Assembly: GCA_963823035.1 (NCBI GenBank)
Contig: CAWGKG010000005.1
Coordinates: forward strand, 64,001 to 128,000
DNA length: 64,000 bases
Direction of reading: 5' to 3'
DNA from: an uncultured Gemmatimonadales bacterium
GTDB taxonomy: Bacteria; Gemmatimonadota; Gemmatimonadetes; Longimicrobiales; Gaopeijiaceae
Both the position numbers and the translations under genes were made by a program. Below the pieces are notes generated by a model. The model ran no database searches, was not told where the DNA came from, and saw only the letters and a program-made list of their open reading frames with translations. Positions 33,489-47,222 of the stretch are shown here, piece after piece; within the stretch, counting starts at the first letter, position 1; the number at the start of each line of letters is the position of its first letter.

Positions 33489-35384
33489 ATGACCCCGACT
33501 CGTTGGATCGCCCGGACGCGACTCGCGTCCGGGCGCTTCCTTGTCCCTTGGATCGTCCTCCCTGCGATCCTCCTCCTCGGGTGCCAACCCGTGGCGGTGG
33601 CCTCGGGTGCCGGTCCGTCCGCTCCTCCCTCCTTCCCGGACCCGGTGCTCGCGGAGGGCACGATGTCGCCGGCGGACGCGTCGCGGGCCGCCGAGATGTA
33701 CGCCACGGCCGAGCGCGCCCTCGAAGAAGGGCGGGCGGCCGAGGCGCGCGAGATCGCCGCGCACATCGTCGACGGGTTCCCGTCGGCCCCCGTCTCGGGT
33801 CGGGCGCTCTTCCTCCTGGCGCGCGCCTGCCTGGACGACGGAGCGCCCCAGGCCGCGGACGAGGCGGCCGGTCGCTTCGCGGACCTCCTGACCGAGGGGG
33901 ATCCGCGCGCCGCCGAGGCCCGCATGGTCCAGGCCGAGGCCCGAGACCGGCAGGGAGACGAGGAGGGCCGCCTCGACCGGCTGCTGCACATCGGCCCGGG
34001 GGCCGCGACCAACCTGGTGATCCGCGCCGCGGACGACACGCGCGAGGCCGCCGGCGAGCTCGAACCGGGTGTGCTGGGCGCCGTGCTTGCGCGTACGCCC
34101 GAGGACGCGGTGCTGCGCCCGGTCGCGCTCACGACCTATGCCCTCGCGCTCTCCCGCACGGGCGACGCGGACGGGGCGCGCACCAGCGCCCGCGCGGCAC
34201 TCGCGGCGGGGGCACGAGGAACCGACTCGCTCACCGCCGTGGCGATCGTGGAAGGGCGTCCCGTGTCGGGCTACGACCGCGTGGGACGCGCGCGCTCCCT
34301 CGAGATCGCCTCGGTGCTCCCGACCGGTGGCTCGCCGGGCTTCAAGGAGTTCGCCGGCCTGATCGCGGAGGGCGTCGAGGTGGCCGCCGCGAGCTTCCTC
34401 GACGGCACGGTCGAGGTGCGCGTGGACGCCCGCGACGACCGCGGCGACCCCGCGGTGGCGGCTTCCACGGTGGAGGAGCTCGAGGGCACATCCGTGCTGG
34501 GAGCCGTCGGCTTCCTGGAGGCCGGCGCGCTGGAGGCGGCGGCCCAGGTGCGCAGAGGCCCGATGCCCCTGATCTCGCCCACCGCCCGTACGGCGTACGT
34601 CGACGGGGCCTACACGCTCTCGGGGGCCGATCCCCTCGCCGCCGCCGCGATGGCGCGCTACGCGGCCCGGGAGGGCTTCAAGCGGGTGGCCGTGATCCAC
34701 TCGAAGGCGCCCGAGTCCACCGAGGAGGCCGACGCCTTCGTGGAGGCGCTCCAGGAGACCGGCGTCGCGCTCGCCGGCCGCTTCGAGTACGACGCGGGCG
34801 CCACCTATTTCGGCGACCAGATCCGTGGCGCGCGCGAGGCACTGCGTGCCGAGGAGATCCAGGCGCTCGGGCCTGGGCCCCGACGACACCCTGCACGTGG
34901 AGGTCCTCGAGCCGGTGGCCGTCTTCCTCCCGATTCCCGCCCGAGGACGTGGAGCTGGTGGCGCCCCAGGTGACCTTCTTCGGACTGGACACCCTCGCGA
35001 TCCGCACCCTCGGCACGTCCGGGTGGACGGACGCGCAGACGCTGCAGACCGTCGACCAGCGTCACACCAACGGCGTGGTCGCCACGGCGCCCGGTGGACG
35101 CCGGCCCCGACAGCCCCGGGTACGCGCGCTTCCGCGAGGCGTTCGAGAGCCACTTCCGCCGCACCCTCGTGAGCCCCGTGCCCGCGCTGGGCTACGACGC
35201 CGCGCTCCTCCTCCTGGAGGCGACGCGCAACGGCGCCCGCTCGCCCGCGGACGTGCGCGACGCCCTCGAGCGCGTCCGCGACCTGGAGGGCGCCACCGGG
35301 ACGTTCTCCGTCGTCGACGGCCGCGTGGTGCGCCGCACGCACATCGTCCAGATCGAGCACGGCACCCTCATCCCCGCTGGGTAG
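33489..35384 (+). CDS. LppC/LpoA-like lipoprotein (TPR plus periplasmic binding fold; frameshifts ~34870-35095)
   Basis: Lipobox LLGC, helical TPR-like N-terminus, VLPTGG...GVEVA, ALGYDAA...LEGATG. Confidence 0.75.
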
Positions 35385-35400
35385 GAGGCGCCCTCCAGGC

Positions 35401-36951
35401 ATGTCCATCCACGACAAGCTGAAGCGACTGGAAGAGCTGAGCCGCCAGGCCGAGCAGGGGGGTGGCGAGGCGCGCATCGCCGCGCAGCACGAGCGCGGGA
35501 AGCTGTCGGCGCGCGAGCGGATCGACCTCCTGCTCGACGCCGACTCCTTCGTGGAGCTCGACCGCTTCGTCACCCATCGCTCCACCGACTTCGGCCTCGC
35601 GGACAGGAAGTTCCTCGGCGACGGCGTCGTCACCGGCTACGGGACGATCCACGGCCGGCTGGTCTACGTCTTCAGCCAGGACTTCACCGTGTTCGGCGGC
35701 TCCCTCTCCGAGGCGCACGCCGAGAAGATCGTGAAGCTCCAGGAGATGGCGCTCAAGAACGGCGCGCCCATCGTCGGCCTCAACGACTCCGGAGGCGCGC
35801 GCATCCAGGAGGGCGTGGTCAGCCTGGGCGGCTACGCGGACATCTTCCTGCGCAACACGTTGGCGAGCGGCGTCATCCCGCAGATCAGCGTCATCCTGGG
35901 CCCGTGCGCCGGCGGCGCCGTCTACTCGCCGGCGATCACCGACTTCGTCTACATGGTGCGTGGCACGAGCTACATGTTCGTGACGGGTCCCAACGTCGTG
36001 AAGACGGTCACGCACGAGGACATCGACATGGAGGGGCTGGGCGGGGCGGACGTGCACGCCTCCAGGTCCGGGGTGGCCCACTTCGCGCACGACTCGGAGC
36101 CCGAATGCCTCGAGGCGGTGCGGGCGCTCTTCCCCTTCATCCCGCAGAACAACACCGAGCTTCCCCCCACCCTCGAGACCACCGATCCGGCGGATCGGCA
36201 GGACGAGAAACTGCTCGAGGTCGTACCGGACAACCCCAATCGCCCCTACGACATGCACGAGGTGATCCGGCACGTCGTGGACGACGGGGCGTTCTACGAG
36301 GTCCACGCAGGATTCGCCGGCAACATCCTCGTCGGCTTCGCCCACCTGGGCGGCCATCCGGTCGGCGTCGTGGCCAACCAGCCCTCCGTCCTCGCCGGCG
36401 TGCTCGACATCGACTCGGCCGACAAGGGCGCACGCTTCGTCCGCTTCTGCGACGCCTTCAACATCCCGCTCGTCGTCTTCGAGGACGTCCCCGGCTTCCT
36501 TCCCGGCGTCACCCAGGAGCACGGCGGCATCATCCGCCACGGCGCGAAGCTCCTCTACGCCTTCAGCGAGGCCACCGTCCCCAAGGTGACCGTCATCACC
36601 CGCAAGGCGTACGGGGGCGCCTACGACGTGATGAACTCCAAGCACGTGCGCGGTGACGTCAACCTGGCCTGGCCGCAGGCGGAGATCGCCGTCATGGGCC
36701 CGAAGGGCGCGGTCGAGATCCTCTTCCGCAAGGAGATCGCCGAGGCCGACGACCCGGAAGCGGCCACGGAGGCGCGCATCCAGGAGTATCGCGACACCTT
36801 CGCCCACCCCTACGTCGCCGCCGCCCGCGGCTACGTGGACGACGTCATCGACCCGCGCGAGACCCGCCCGCGCCTGGTGAGCGCCCTCGACATGCTGCGC
36901 AACAAGCGGGACGAGAACCCGCGCAAGAAGCACGGCAACATCCCGCTGTAG
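35401..36951 (+). CDS. pccB: Propionyl/acyl-CoA carboxylase carboxyltransferase subunit
   Basis: [57 protein letters not shown]. Confidence 0.95.
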   Translation: MSIHDKLKRLEELSRQAEQGGGEARIAAQHERGKLSARERIDLLLDADSFVELDRFVTHRSTDFGLADRKFLGDGVVTGYGTIHGRLVYVFSQDFTVFGGSLSEAHAEKIVKLQEMALKNGAPIVGLNDSGGARIQEGVVSLGGYADIFLRNTLASGVIPQISVILGPCAGGAVYSPAITDFVYMVRGTSYMFVTGPNVVKTVTHEDIDMEGLGGADVHASRSGVAHFAHDSEPECLEAVRALFPFIPQNNTELPPTLETTDPADRQDEKLLEVVPDNPNRPYDMHEVIRHVVDDGAFYEVHAGFAGNILVGFAHLGGHPVGVVANQPSVLAGVLDIDSADKGARFVRFCDAFNIPLVVFEDVPGFLPGVTQEHGGIIRHGAKLLYAFSEATVPKVTVITRKAYGGAYDVMNSKHVRGDVNLAWPQAEIAVMGPKGAVEILFRKEIAEADDPEAATEARIQEYRDTFAHPYVAAARGYVDDVIDPRETRPRLVSALDMLRNKRDENPRKKHGNIPL

Positions 36952-37059
36952 CGCCGACCCCTGGTGCGCCGACGTCGGGCGCCCGGACAACCCCCCGCAC
37001 GTCCCTTCGCATCCCATGGGTGGCTGGCGAGTTCGGCACAACCTGGTGGGAGGACGACG

Positions 37060-38093
37060 ATGAAGACGATGCGACGGCCTGGATGGACGCGCGCGGAGCA
37101 CGCTCGTCACCGGAGCGATGGCGCTGGCTGCGCTGCTGGCGACCACGGTGGCGGCGGCACAGGACCGGTCGGCCGGCGATCGCGACGCGTGCCGCTGCGT
37201 GGACCGCGACGGGAAGGAGATCTCCGACTGCACCTGCCTGCGCAGCCGCACCACGAACGACCTCGTCCGGGGACTCGCCCTCTACCGCGGCGCGCGGGCG
37301 CGCCTCGGGATCACCGTGTCCACGGAGCAGGGCGCCGAGCTCGACGCGCGCGGCGCCCGCGTGCAGTCGGTCACGCCCGACGGCCCGGCGGACGACGCGG
37401 GCATCGAGGAGGGCGACGTCGTCACCCGTGTGGACGGGCACAGCCTGCTCGAGGCCCTCGACGCCGACACGGAGCGCGACTTCGACCTCGACCGGTCGGT
37501 CCCCGTCCAGCGGCTGCTCGCGATCTCGCGGGGCCTCGATCCCGGTAAGGAGGTGGAGGTCCAGGTACGAGCGCGACGGACAGACGCGCACGGTCACCGT
37601 CGAGGCCCGCGACCTGGCCGGGTGGACCGACTTCGGCGTGGTGGGTCCGGGGTGGGACCGCCAGGAGATGGCGGATCGGGTGCGCGCGCTCGGCGATCGC
37701 ATGCGCGAGTACCGCTTCCAGGCGCCCAGCGGAGGGGAGGGCCTCCACTTCTGGTCGGACTCGACCTCGTCGCCGCGCGTGCGCCTCATGACCTCACCCG
37801 ACGCCGGCGTGTACCTCTTCGGGCGAACGGACGGCCTGGAGCTGCTCGAGCTGAACGAAGGGTTGGCGGGCTACTTCGGGGTGTCCGGGGGCGTGCTGGT
37901 GACCGACGTTCCCGAGGACTCGCCGCTCGGGCTGCAGCCCGGTGACGTCGTCCTCGCCGTCGGTGACCGCGATGTGGACGGACCCGGGCATCTCCGACGG
38001 ATCCTGCGGAGCTACCAGGACGACGAGCCCATCACCTTCCGCATCATGCGCCACGAGCGGGAGATGAGCGTCCAGGGGCGTCTCTCGCCCTGA
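37060..38093 (+). CDS. Exported double-PDZ protein (frameshifts ~37100 and ~37565)
   Basis: GGAGG RBS, signal peptide, PDZ1 RLGI...GPADDAGIEEGDVVTRVDG, PDZ2 GVLVTDV...LQPGDVVLAVG. Confidence 0.78.
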
Positions 38094-38155
38094 ACCTCGT
38101 GCACCTCGTGCGCGGCCGCCCGTCCCACTGACATCCGGGCGCGTCGCGGACGACC

Positions 38156-38189
38156 GGGGTGGGGTCCTCCGGGCCCCACCCCATCTTTT
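38156..38189 (+). terminator. Rho-independent terminator
   Basis: ggggtggggtcc-tcc-gggccccacccc followed by atctttt, downstream of the PDZ gene. Confidence 0.75.
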
Positions 38190-38310
38190 CGCCCACCGCC
38201 CCGAGCTCCGGCCCCGCGCGGGGTTTCCCCCTCCGGCGCCGGGAGCGTAAGTTCCGGGCCCGGAACCCCGAAGGCCCGTCTCCCAACGCCTTTTCCACGA
38301 TCCGCCACCT

Positions 38311-39813
<1,503 letters not shown>

Positions 39814-39817
<4 letters not shown>

Positions 39818-41109
39818 GCGCTCGACCCTCGGCGAAAGGGGGTGGCGCCCTGGAGCGCGTGCGTATCCGCGCGCTCGCTTCGAGCGGGGCGGGGGTCGCG
39901 GACCTCCCGGACGGGCGGGTGGCCTTCGTGCCCCGCACGGCGCCGGGCGACGTCGCCGACGTCCGCGTCGTGCGCGTGCGCAAGCGGTGGGCCGAAGCGA
40001 CGCTCGTCGATCTCGTGGAGCCCGCTCCCGAGCGGGTGGAGCCGGCCTGTCCGCTCTTCGACCGCTGCGGCGGATGCGCGCTGCAGCACCTGGACTACGC
40101 CGCGCAGCTCGCCTGGAAGGGGCGCTTCGTGGCCGACGCGCTGCTGCGCATCGGTGGCATCGAGATCGAGCCGCCGGCCGTCACGCCCTCGCCGCTCCGG
40201 ACGAGGTACCGGAACCGGCTCACCTTCACGGTGCGGCGGCTCCGCACCGGTCGCGTCGTGGCCGGCTTCCACGCCCTCGGGGACCCCGACCGGATCGTCG
40301 ACGTGCGGGGCGAGTGCCTCCTTCCCGAGCCCGGAATCCTCGAGGCCTGGACCGCTCTGCGCGCCACCTGGCGACCCGGGTCGCCGTGGCCCCTCCCGAG
40401 CGCGCGCGAGCTGCGCCTGACGCTGCGCGCCGTGGACGAGGGCGCCCTCCTCGTCGTGCGCGGGGGGCGGGAAGGATGGGATCCGGGCGACCTGATCGAA
40501 CGCGTCCAGGCGATCCGCGCGGTCTGGCACCAGCCCGAGAATCGAGCGCACGCCCGGCTCGTGGCCGGCGCGCAGCTCCACGAGTCGCGGGGCGAGGAGC
40601 GCCTCCTCGTGGGCGGGCACGCCTTCCTCCAGGTGAACCGCGATGCGGCCGCTTCGCTCGTCGCGCACGTGCTGGACCGGTCGGGGTCGGGCGAACGCGC
40701 CGTCGACGCGTACGCCGGCGTAGGGGTCTACGGGCGGGCGCTGGCAGGTGCGGGGTGGCGCGTGACCGGGATCGAGCGTGACCGCGAGGCGTGCGCCGCC
40801 GCCCGACACGACCCGCCGGACGGCTTCGAGATGGTGGAGGGCGCCGTCGAGGCGTGCCTGGACGCATCCCTCCCCGCCGACCTGGTGATCCTCAACCCGC
40901 CCCGCACCGGCGTGGCGGAGGAGATTCCCGGGATCCTCCTCCGCCACCGCCCGCGCCGCGTGATCTACGTGAGCTGCGACCCGGCCACCCTCGCGCGGGA
41001 CGCGAAGCGGATGGCCCCGACCTACGCGCTCGTCGACGCGCGTGCGTGGGATCTCTTCCCGCAGACGGTCCACGTCGAGACCGTGGCCGTCTTCGAGGCG
41101 GAGCGCTGA
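39814..41109 (+). CDS. rlmD: 23S rRNA (uracil-1939-C5)-methyltransferase, RlmD/TrmA family
   Basis: TRAM domain, [11 protein letters not shown]e-S motif, [44 protein letters not shown]. Confidence 0.85.
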
Positions 41110-41627
41110 TGCGCTGGTTCGTGACGGTGGGCGAGCGGACGTTCGAGGTCGAGCTCGGCCCGGACGGCGTCCTGGTGGACGGGACGCCGATGGAAACGGA
41201 CCTCGCGCACGTGGAGGGCACCGGGCTGCACAGCCTGATGCTGGACGGTGCCTCCTACCGCCTGCTCGCGAGCCGGGACCGAGGGGGGACGTGGGAGTTG
41301 CACCTGCGCGGGCGGCGCTACCGGGCGGAGGCCATCGACGAGCGCACGCGCGTCATCCGCGAGATGACCGGCGCGCCCTCGGGGCCGGGCGGTCCCAAGC
41401 CGATCCGCGCCCCGATGCCGGGCCTGGTCGTGAAGGTGGAGGTGGAGGAAGGCGACGCGGTCGAGGCGGGCCGGGGGATGGTGATCGTCGAGGCGATGAA
41501 GATGGAGAACGAGCTCAAGGCCGAGGTGGCCGGCGTGGTGGCGCGCATCCACGTCGAGCCGGGGCAGGCCGTCGAGAAGGACCAGATCCTCGTCGACTTC
41601 GTCGCACCCGAGGAGGAGGAGGGATGA
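41109..41627 (+). CDS. Biotin carboxyl carrier protein
   Basis: [10 protein letters not shown]...[10 protein letters not shown] biotinylation motif. Confidence 0.93.
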   Translation: MRWFVTVGERTFEVELGPDGVLVDGTPMETDLAHVEGTGLHSLMLDGASYRLLASRDRGGTWELHLRGRRYRAEAIDERTRVIREMTGAPSGPGGPKPIRAPMPGLVVKVEVEEGDAVEAGRGMVIVEAMKMENELKAEVAGVVARIHVEPGQAVEKDQILVDFVAPEEEEG

Positions 41628-43174
41628 CGGACGACCGCGGGTGGGTGACGGACAGCGACATCCCCGTCGATCGTGTCTACGGCCCCCCGGGCGCGGAGGG
41701 CGAGGAGCCGGCCGCCTTCCCGTTCACGCGCGGCGTCTACGCGGACATGTACCGCGGCCGGGTCTGGACCATGCGCCAGTATGCCGGGTTCGGCACCGCC
41801 GAGGAGACCAACGCACGCTTCCGATACCTCCTCGAGCGCGGGCAGACGGGGCTGTCGGTGGCCTTCGATCTCCCCACGCAGATGGGCTACGACTCCGACG
41901 CCGCGATGGCGGCCGGCGAGGTCGGGCGGGTGGGCGTGGCCATCGACTCGCTCGAGGACATGCGCGCGCTCTTCCGGGAGATCCGCCTCGACCGCGTGTC
42001 GACGTCGATGACGATCAACAGCACGGCCGCGATCCTCCTGGCGCTGTACGTCGCGCTGGGCGACGAGCAGGGTGTGCCGCGCTCGGAGCTCTCCGGCACG
42101 GTGCAGAACGACGTGCTCAAGGAGTACGTCGCGCGCGGCACGTACATCTACCCGGTGGCCCCGTCGCTTCGCCTCGTCTCCGACATCCTCGCGTTCTGCG
42201 CGCGGGAGGTGCCGCGCTGGAATCCCATCTCCATCTCCGGCTACCACATCCGTGAGGCGGGCTCGACGGCCCCCCAGGAGGTCGCCTTCACCTTCGCCAA
42301 CGGCCTCGAATACGTGGACCAGGCGCTGGCGCGCGGCATCGAGCTGGAGGCCTTCGCGCCGCGCCTGTCGTTCTTCTTCGCCGCGCACAACGACTTCCTG
42401 GAGGAGGTGGCGAAGTTCCGCGCGGCACGCCGCCTGTGGGCGCGCCTCATGCGCGAGCGCTACGGCGCGTCGGATGCCTCCGCGCGCCTGCGCTTCCACA
42501 CGCAGACCGGCGGCTCGACGCTCACGGCGCAACAGCCCCTGAACAACGTGGTGCGCGTCGCCGTCCAGGCGCTCGCGGCCGTTCTGGGGGGCACGCAGTC
42601 CCTGCACACGAACGGCTACGACGAGGCCCTCGCGCTCCCGACGGAGGAGTCCGCGCGCATCGCGCTGCGCACGCAGCAGATCCTCGCCTCCGAGTCCGGT
42701 GTGGCGCGCACGGTCGATCCGCTCGGCGGCTCCTGGTTCGTGGAGGCCCTCACCGACGAGATCGAGAGCCGGGCGCGCGGCTACCTCGAGCGCATCGAGG
42801 AGCTCGGCGGCGCGGCGCGGGCGATCGACTTCATGCAGGAGGAGATCCACAGGGCCGCCTACGCCTGGCAGAAGGACGTGGAGTCGGGGGCGCGCTCCGT
42901 GGTGGGCGTGAACGTCCACGCGGAGGAGGAGGGCCCACCCCGCATCGGCCAGCCCGACTACGGCGCCCTGGAGCGCGGTCAGCGCGAGGCCCTCGCCGCC
43001 CGGCGGGGCGCACGCGACGGCGAGGACGTGCGCGCCGCGCTCGCCGCCGTGGCCGAGGCGGCACGCGGGAGCGACAACCTGATGCCCCCGATCATCCGCG
43101 CCGTGAAGGCCGACTGCACGCTCGGCGAGATCAGCGACGTCCTGCGCAGGGAGTGGGGCAGCTACGACGCCTGA
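41624..43174 (+). CDS. Methylmalonyl-CoA mutase, N-terminal (substrate-binding) subunit
   Basis: [51 protein letters not shown]. No B12-binding domain is present. Confidence 0.95.
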   Translation: MTDDRGWVTDSDIPVDRVYGPPGAEGEEPAAFPFTRGVYADMYRGRVWTMRQYAGFGTAEETNARFRYLLERGQTGLSVAFDLPTQMGYDSDAAMAAGEVGRVGVAIDSLEDMRALFREIRLDRVSTSMTINSTAAILLALYVALGDEQGVPRSELSGTVQNDVLKEYVARGTYIYPVAPSLRLVSDILAFCAREVPRWNPISISGYHIREAGSTAPQEVAFTFANGLEYVDQALARGIELEAFAPRLSFFFAAHNDFLEEVAKFRAARRLWARLMRERYGASDASARLRFHTQTGGSTLTAQQPLNNVVRVAVQALAAVLGGTQSLHTNGYDEALALPTEESARIALRTQQILASESGVARTVDPLGGSWFVEALTDEIESRARGYLERIEELGGAARAIDFMQEEIHRAAYAWQKDVESGARSVVGVNVHAEEEGPPRIGQPDYGALERGQREALAARRGARDGEDVRAALAAVAEAARGSDNLMPPIIRAVKADCTLGEISDVLRREWGSYDA

Positions 43175-43252
43175 CGGTGGTAGTCGCAACCCCCTCTGTT
43201 GGTTACGTTTCTGGGCTGTTGTCACCCAACGGTTCCACGCCGCCAGGCAGCC

Positions 43253-43540
43253 ATGCCCACGTACGAGTACCGCTGCCCCGAAGGGCACGAGTTCGAGGTC
43301 TTCCAGCGGATCTCCGACGATCCGGGGGCGAAGTGTCCGGAGTGCGGGCGCCCCGCCGAGCGTCAGATCTCCGCCGGCGCCGGCTTCCTCTTCAAGGGAG
43401 AGGGGTTCTACATCACCGACTCCCGGAGCCAGGACTACAAGAAGAGGGCCTCCTCGGAGAAGGGCGGCGGCGACGCGAAGGCGGAGCCGGCGAAGGCGCC
43501 CGAGAAGAAGCCCCCGTCGACGTCGGGAGAGGGCTCCTGA
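43253..43540 (+). CDS. FmdB-family zinc ribbon protein
   Basis: MPTYEYRCPEGHEFE...CPECG...FKGEGFYITD. Confidence 0.92.
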   Translation: MPTYEYRCPEGHEFEVFQRISDDPGAKCPECGRPAERQISAGAGFLFKGEGFYITDSRSQDYKKRASSEKGGGDAKAEPAKAPEKKPPSTSGEGS

Positions 43541-45241
43541 GCGAGGCGGCGCAGGACGCCATCCGCGCGGCGCTGGAGAAGGCGCTCGCGGAGCTCGGCG
43601 TGGACGACGTGCGCATCGGCATGGAGCGCCCGCGCGACCCCTCGCACGGGGATGTCGCCACGAACGTCGCGCTCACGCTCGCGAAGCGGCTCGGGCGGCC
43701 CCCCCGGCAGATCGCGGAGGAGCTCGCCGGCCGACTCGACCTCGAGGCCGCCGGCGTCACCGCGGTGGAGGTGGCGGGCCCGGGCTTTCTGAACTTCCGC
43801 CTGAGCGCAGGCACCGTGGCCTCCGTCCTCGACACGATCCTCGAGGCGAACGAGGCGTTCGGGCGCACCGACGGCGGCCAGGGGCAACCGCTCATGGTCG
43901 AGTTCGTCTCGGCCAACCCGACCGGCCCGCTCCACCTGGGGCACGGTCGCCAGGCCGCCCTCGGCGACGCCATCGCCTCGCTCATGGACTGGACCGGGTG
44001 GAAGGTCCACCGCGAGTACTACTACAACGACGCGGGCCTGCAGATGGACCGCCTCGCCGAGAGCGTGCGGGCTGCGGTATCAGGAGCTTCACGGCCGCGA
44101 CGTGGAGATCCCCGAGGGCGGCTATCGCGGCGAGTACGTGAGGGAGATCGCGCAGGCGTTCGCCGAGCGGGACGGCGACCGCTGGCTCGACGACGACTCG
44201 ACCGAGGCGCTCGACGCCATGCGCCACTACGCCGTGGACGTGCTGCGCGCCGAGCAGGACCGGGACCTCGGCGAGTTCCGCGTCCACTTCGACCACTACT
44301 TCCTCGAGTCGTCGCTCTACGACGCCGGGAAGGTCGACGAGACCGTGGAAGCGTTGCGCGCGACCGGACACGTCTACGAGAAGGACGGCGCCATCTGGCT
44401 GCGCACGACCGAGTTCGGGGACGACAAGGACCGGGTGATGATCCGGGGCAACGGCGCCCCGACGTACTTCGTGCCGGACGTGGCCTACCACATGGACAAG
44501 TGGGGACGCGGCTTCCACCGCGTCATCAACGTCCAGGGCTCGGACCACCACGGCACGGTGGCGCGCGTGCACGCCGGCCTGCGCGCGCTCGGCTGCCCCG
44601 AGGGGTATCCCGAGTACGTCCTCCACCAGATGGTGCGCGTGGAGCGGGACGGGAAGGAGGTCAAGGCCTCCAAGCGTGCCGGCGCCTACACCACGCTGCG
44701 CGAGCTCTTCGAGGAGGTGGGCGTGGACGTCGCGCGCTACTTCCTGCAGATGCGCAAGCCGGACAGCCACCTGGTGTTCGACCTGGACGTGGCGCTCGAC
44801 CAGTCCGACAAGAACCCCGTCTACAAGGTCCAGTACGCCCACGCGCGCATGTGCTCGATCTTCGCGAGGGCGGGCCTCGCGCCGGAGGAGATCGACACGG
44901 ACGGCGTCGACCTGGCGCTGCTGACCCACGAGCTCGAGCGGGAGCTGGTGAAGCACCTCGGCGAGTTCCCGGAGACGGTGGTGCGGGCGGCCGAACAGGC
45001 GGCCCCGCACGTGGTGTGCGACTACCTCGAGCAGACCGCCGGCGCGGCCAATTCGTGGTACCACGCGGGCAATCCCACGCGCAACCCCGACCTCGCCGTC
45101 CTCGTGGACGATCCCGCCCTCCGCGCCGCCCGCCTCGTCCTGGCACGCGCGCTCCAGATCGTCCTGCGGAACGGCCTGGCGCTCCTCGGCATCGAAGCCC
45201 CACAGCGCATGGATCGCGCCGTGGACGACGACGCCGCCTGA
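43537..45241 (+). CDS. argS: Arginine--tRNA ligase (probable CTG start; frameshift ~44075)
   Basis: HGDVATNVA, VAGPGFLNF, EFVSANPTGPLHLGHGR, REYYYND, GSDHHG, NPVYKVQYAHAR. Confidence 0.95.
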
Positions 45242-45259
45242 TTCCCCAACCCCCCGGTC

Positions 45260-46186
45260 ATGTCCATCCTCTGTGTCGGCAGCGTGGCGCTGGACTCGGT
45301 CGAGACGCCCTTCGGCAAGGCCGAGCGCGTTCTCGGCGGCTCCGCGGTCTTCTTCTCCGCCGCCGCCACCGTGTTCAGCCCCGTACGGGTCGTGGGCGTG
45401 GTGGGGGACGACTATCCGCTGGGCGACCTCGACTTCCTGCGCGCGCGGGGGGCGGACCTGGCGGGCGTCGAGAGGGCTCCGGGCGAGAGCTTCTTCTGGG
45501 CCGGCCGCTACCACTACGACCTGAACTCACGGGACACGCTGGCGACGCGCCTGGGCGTGTTCGCGGACTTCCAACCGAGGATCCCCGAGGGCTTCCGGGA
45601 CTCGCGCTTCGTCTTCCTGGGCAACATCGATCCCACGCTCCAGCACCAGGTCCTCGACCAGGTGGACGCCCCCGATGTGGTGGCGTGCGACACGATGAAC
45701 TACTGGATCGAGGGCAACCGCAAGGAGCTGCTCGCGCTGCTCGAGCGGGTGGACATCCTGATGGTGAACGACGCCGAGGCGCGGCAGCTCGCCGACGAGC
45801 CGAACCTCCTGAAGGCGTCGCGTTGGATCCGCGACCGGGGCCCGACCACCGTCGTGGTGAAGAAGGGCGAGCACGGAGCGATCCTGTTCGCCGACGGATG
45901 GGTGTTCTTCGCGCCCGGGTACCCCCTCGAGGTGGTCTTCGACCCCACCGGGGCGGGCGACGCCTTCGCGGGCGGCTTCATGGGCTACCTGGCGTCCGTC
46001 GGCTCGATCGACGCCGACGACCTGCGGCGCGCCATGGTCTTCGGCTCGGCGATGGGCTCGTACGCGGTGGAGGACTTCAGCGTGGACCGCTTCAGGACGC
46101 TCGAGGCCTCCGACGTCGCCGAGCGGGTGCGGGAGTTCCGGGAGATGACCGCCTTCGAGGCGCGCGTGGACGGGCACCGTGTCTGA
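45260..46186 (+). CDS. PfkB-family sugar/nucleoside kinase
   Basis: GSVALDSVETPFG, LGGSA, DTMNYWI, DPTGAGDAFAGG. Confidence 0.92.
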   Translation: MSILCVGSVALDSVETPFGKAERVLGGSAVFFSAAATVFSPVRVVGVVGDDYPLGDLDFLRARGADLAGVERAPGESFFWAGRYHYDLNSRDTLATRLGVFADFQPRIPEGFRDSRFVFLGNIDPTLQHQVLDQVDAPDVVACDTMNYWIEGNRKELLALLERVDILMVNDAEARQLADEPNLLKASRWIRDRGPTTVVVKKGEHGAILFADGWVFFAPGYPLEVVFDPTGAGDAFAGGFMGYLASVGSIDADDLRRAMVFGSAMGSYAVEDFSVDRFRTLEASDVAERVREFREMTAFEARVDGHRV

Positions 46187-47222
46187 GCCGACCCACGGGG
46201 GAATGGACTACCGCGCCGCCGGGGTCGACCTCGACGCGGCCGAGCGTGCCAAGGAGCGGCTCAAGGCGCTGGTGGCCGCGACCCGCGACCGGTGGACGCT
46301 CTCCGAGCTCGGCAGCTTCGGCGGGCTCTACCAGGTGCCGGAGGGCCACGCCGAGCCCGTCCTGGTCGCCTCGGCGGACGGCGTGGGCACCAAGCTGAAG
46401 GTGGCGTTCGAGGCCGGCCGGCACGAGACCGTCGGCCAGTGCCTCGTGAACCACTGCGTGAACGACATCCTGGTGCAGGGCGCCCGTCCGCTCTTCTTCC
46501 TCGACTACCTCGCCACCGGCGAGATGGACGAGGCGGTGGTCGCCGAGGTGGTCGGAGGCGTGGCCCTGGCGTGCAAGGAGAACAGCTGTGCGCTGCTCGG
46601 CGGCGAGACGGCGCAGATGCCCGACTTCTACGCGGCCGACGAGTACGACCTCGCGGGCTTCGTGGTCGGGCTGGTCGAGCGAGGACGCATCCTGGACGGC
46701 GGCACGATCGAGGCCGACGACGTCCTGCTCGGGCTCGCGTCCTCCGGCCTGCACACGAACGGCTACACGCTCGCCCGCCGCATCGTCTTCGACGCGATGG
46801 GGCTCTCCGTCGACGACGAGCTGCCCGGCACGGGCCGCAGCGTGGCGGACGAGCTGCTCTCCATCCACCGCAGCTATCTGCATACGTTGGCACCGATCCT
46901 GCGTGACGACCTTGTCCGCGGGCTGGCCCACGTCACCGGCGGGGGCATTCCGGGCAACCTCCCCCGCGTCCTTCCGGACGGCCTGGGCGCCGTCGTGGAC
47001 CGCGCGGCGTGGGAAGTCCCCCCCGTCTTCCGGACCCTGCAGGAGGGCGGAAAGGTAGAGCGGAGCGAGATGGATCGGGTCTTCAACATGGGCGTGGGCA
47101 TGATCGCCGTGGTGCGGCCGCAGGACGCGGACGCGGTCGCGGCGCGCGTTCGCGAATCGGGTGTGGACGTATGGCGGATCGGGCGGGTGGAAGCCGGACG
47201 CGGCGTTCGGTACGTCGGATGA
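46179..47222 (+). CDS. purM: Phosphoribosylformylglycinamidine cyclo-ligase
   Basis: YRAAGVD, ADGVGTKL, PLFFLDY, GGETAQMP, SSGLHTNG, HVTGGG, FNMGVG. Confidence 0.97.
   Translation: MSEPTHGGMDYRAAGVDLDAAERAKERLKALVAATRDRWTLSELGSFGGLYQVPEGHAEPVLVASADGVGTKLKVAFEAGRHETVGQCLVNHCVNDILVQGARPLFFLDYLATGEMDEAVVAEVVGGVALACKENSCALLGGETAQMPDFYAADEYDLAGFVVGLVERGRILDGGTIEADDVLLGLASSGLHTNGYTLARRIVFDAMGLSVDDELPGTGRSVADELLSIHRSYLHTLAPILRDDLVRGLAHVTGGGIPGNLPRVLPDGLGAVVDRAAWEVPPVFRTLQEGGKVERSEMDRVFNMGVGMIAVVRPQDADAVAARVRESGVDVWRIGRVEAGRGVRYVG
46887..46902 (+). promoter_or_regulatory. Candidate sigma54 (-24/-12) promoter inside purM
   Basis: TTGGCACCGATCCTGC, with GG-N10-GC spacing, inside a local AT-rich patch of atypical codons. 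Confidence 0.45.
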
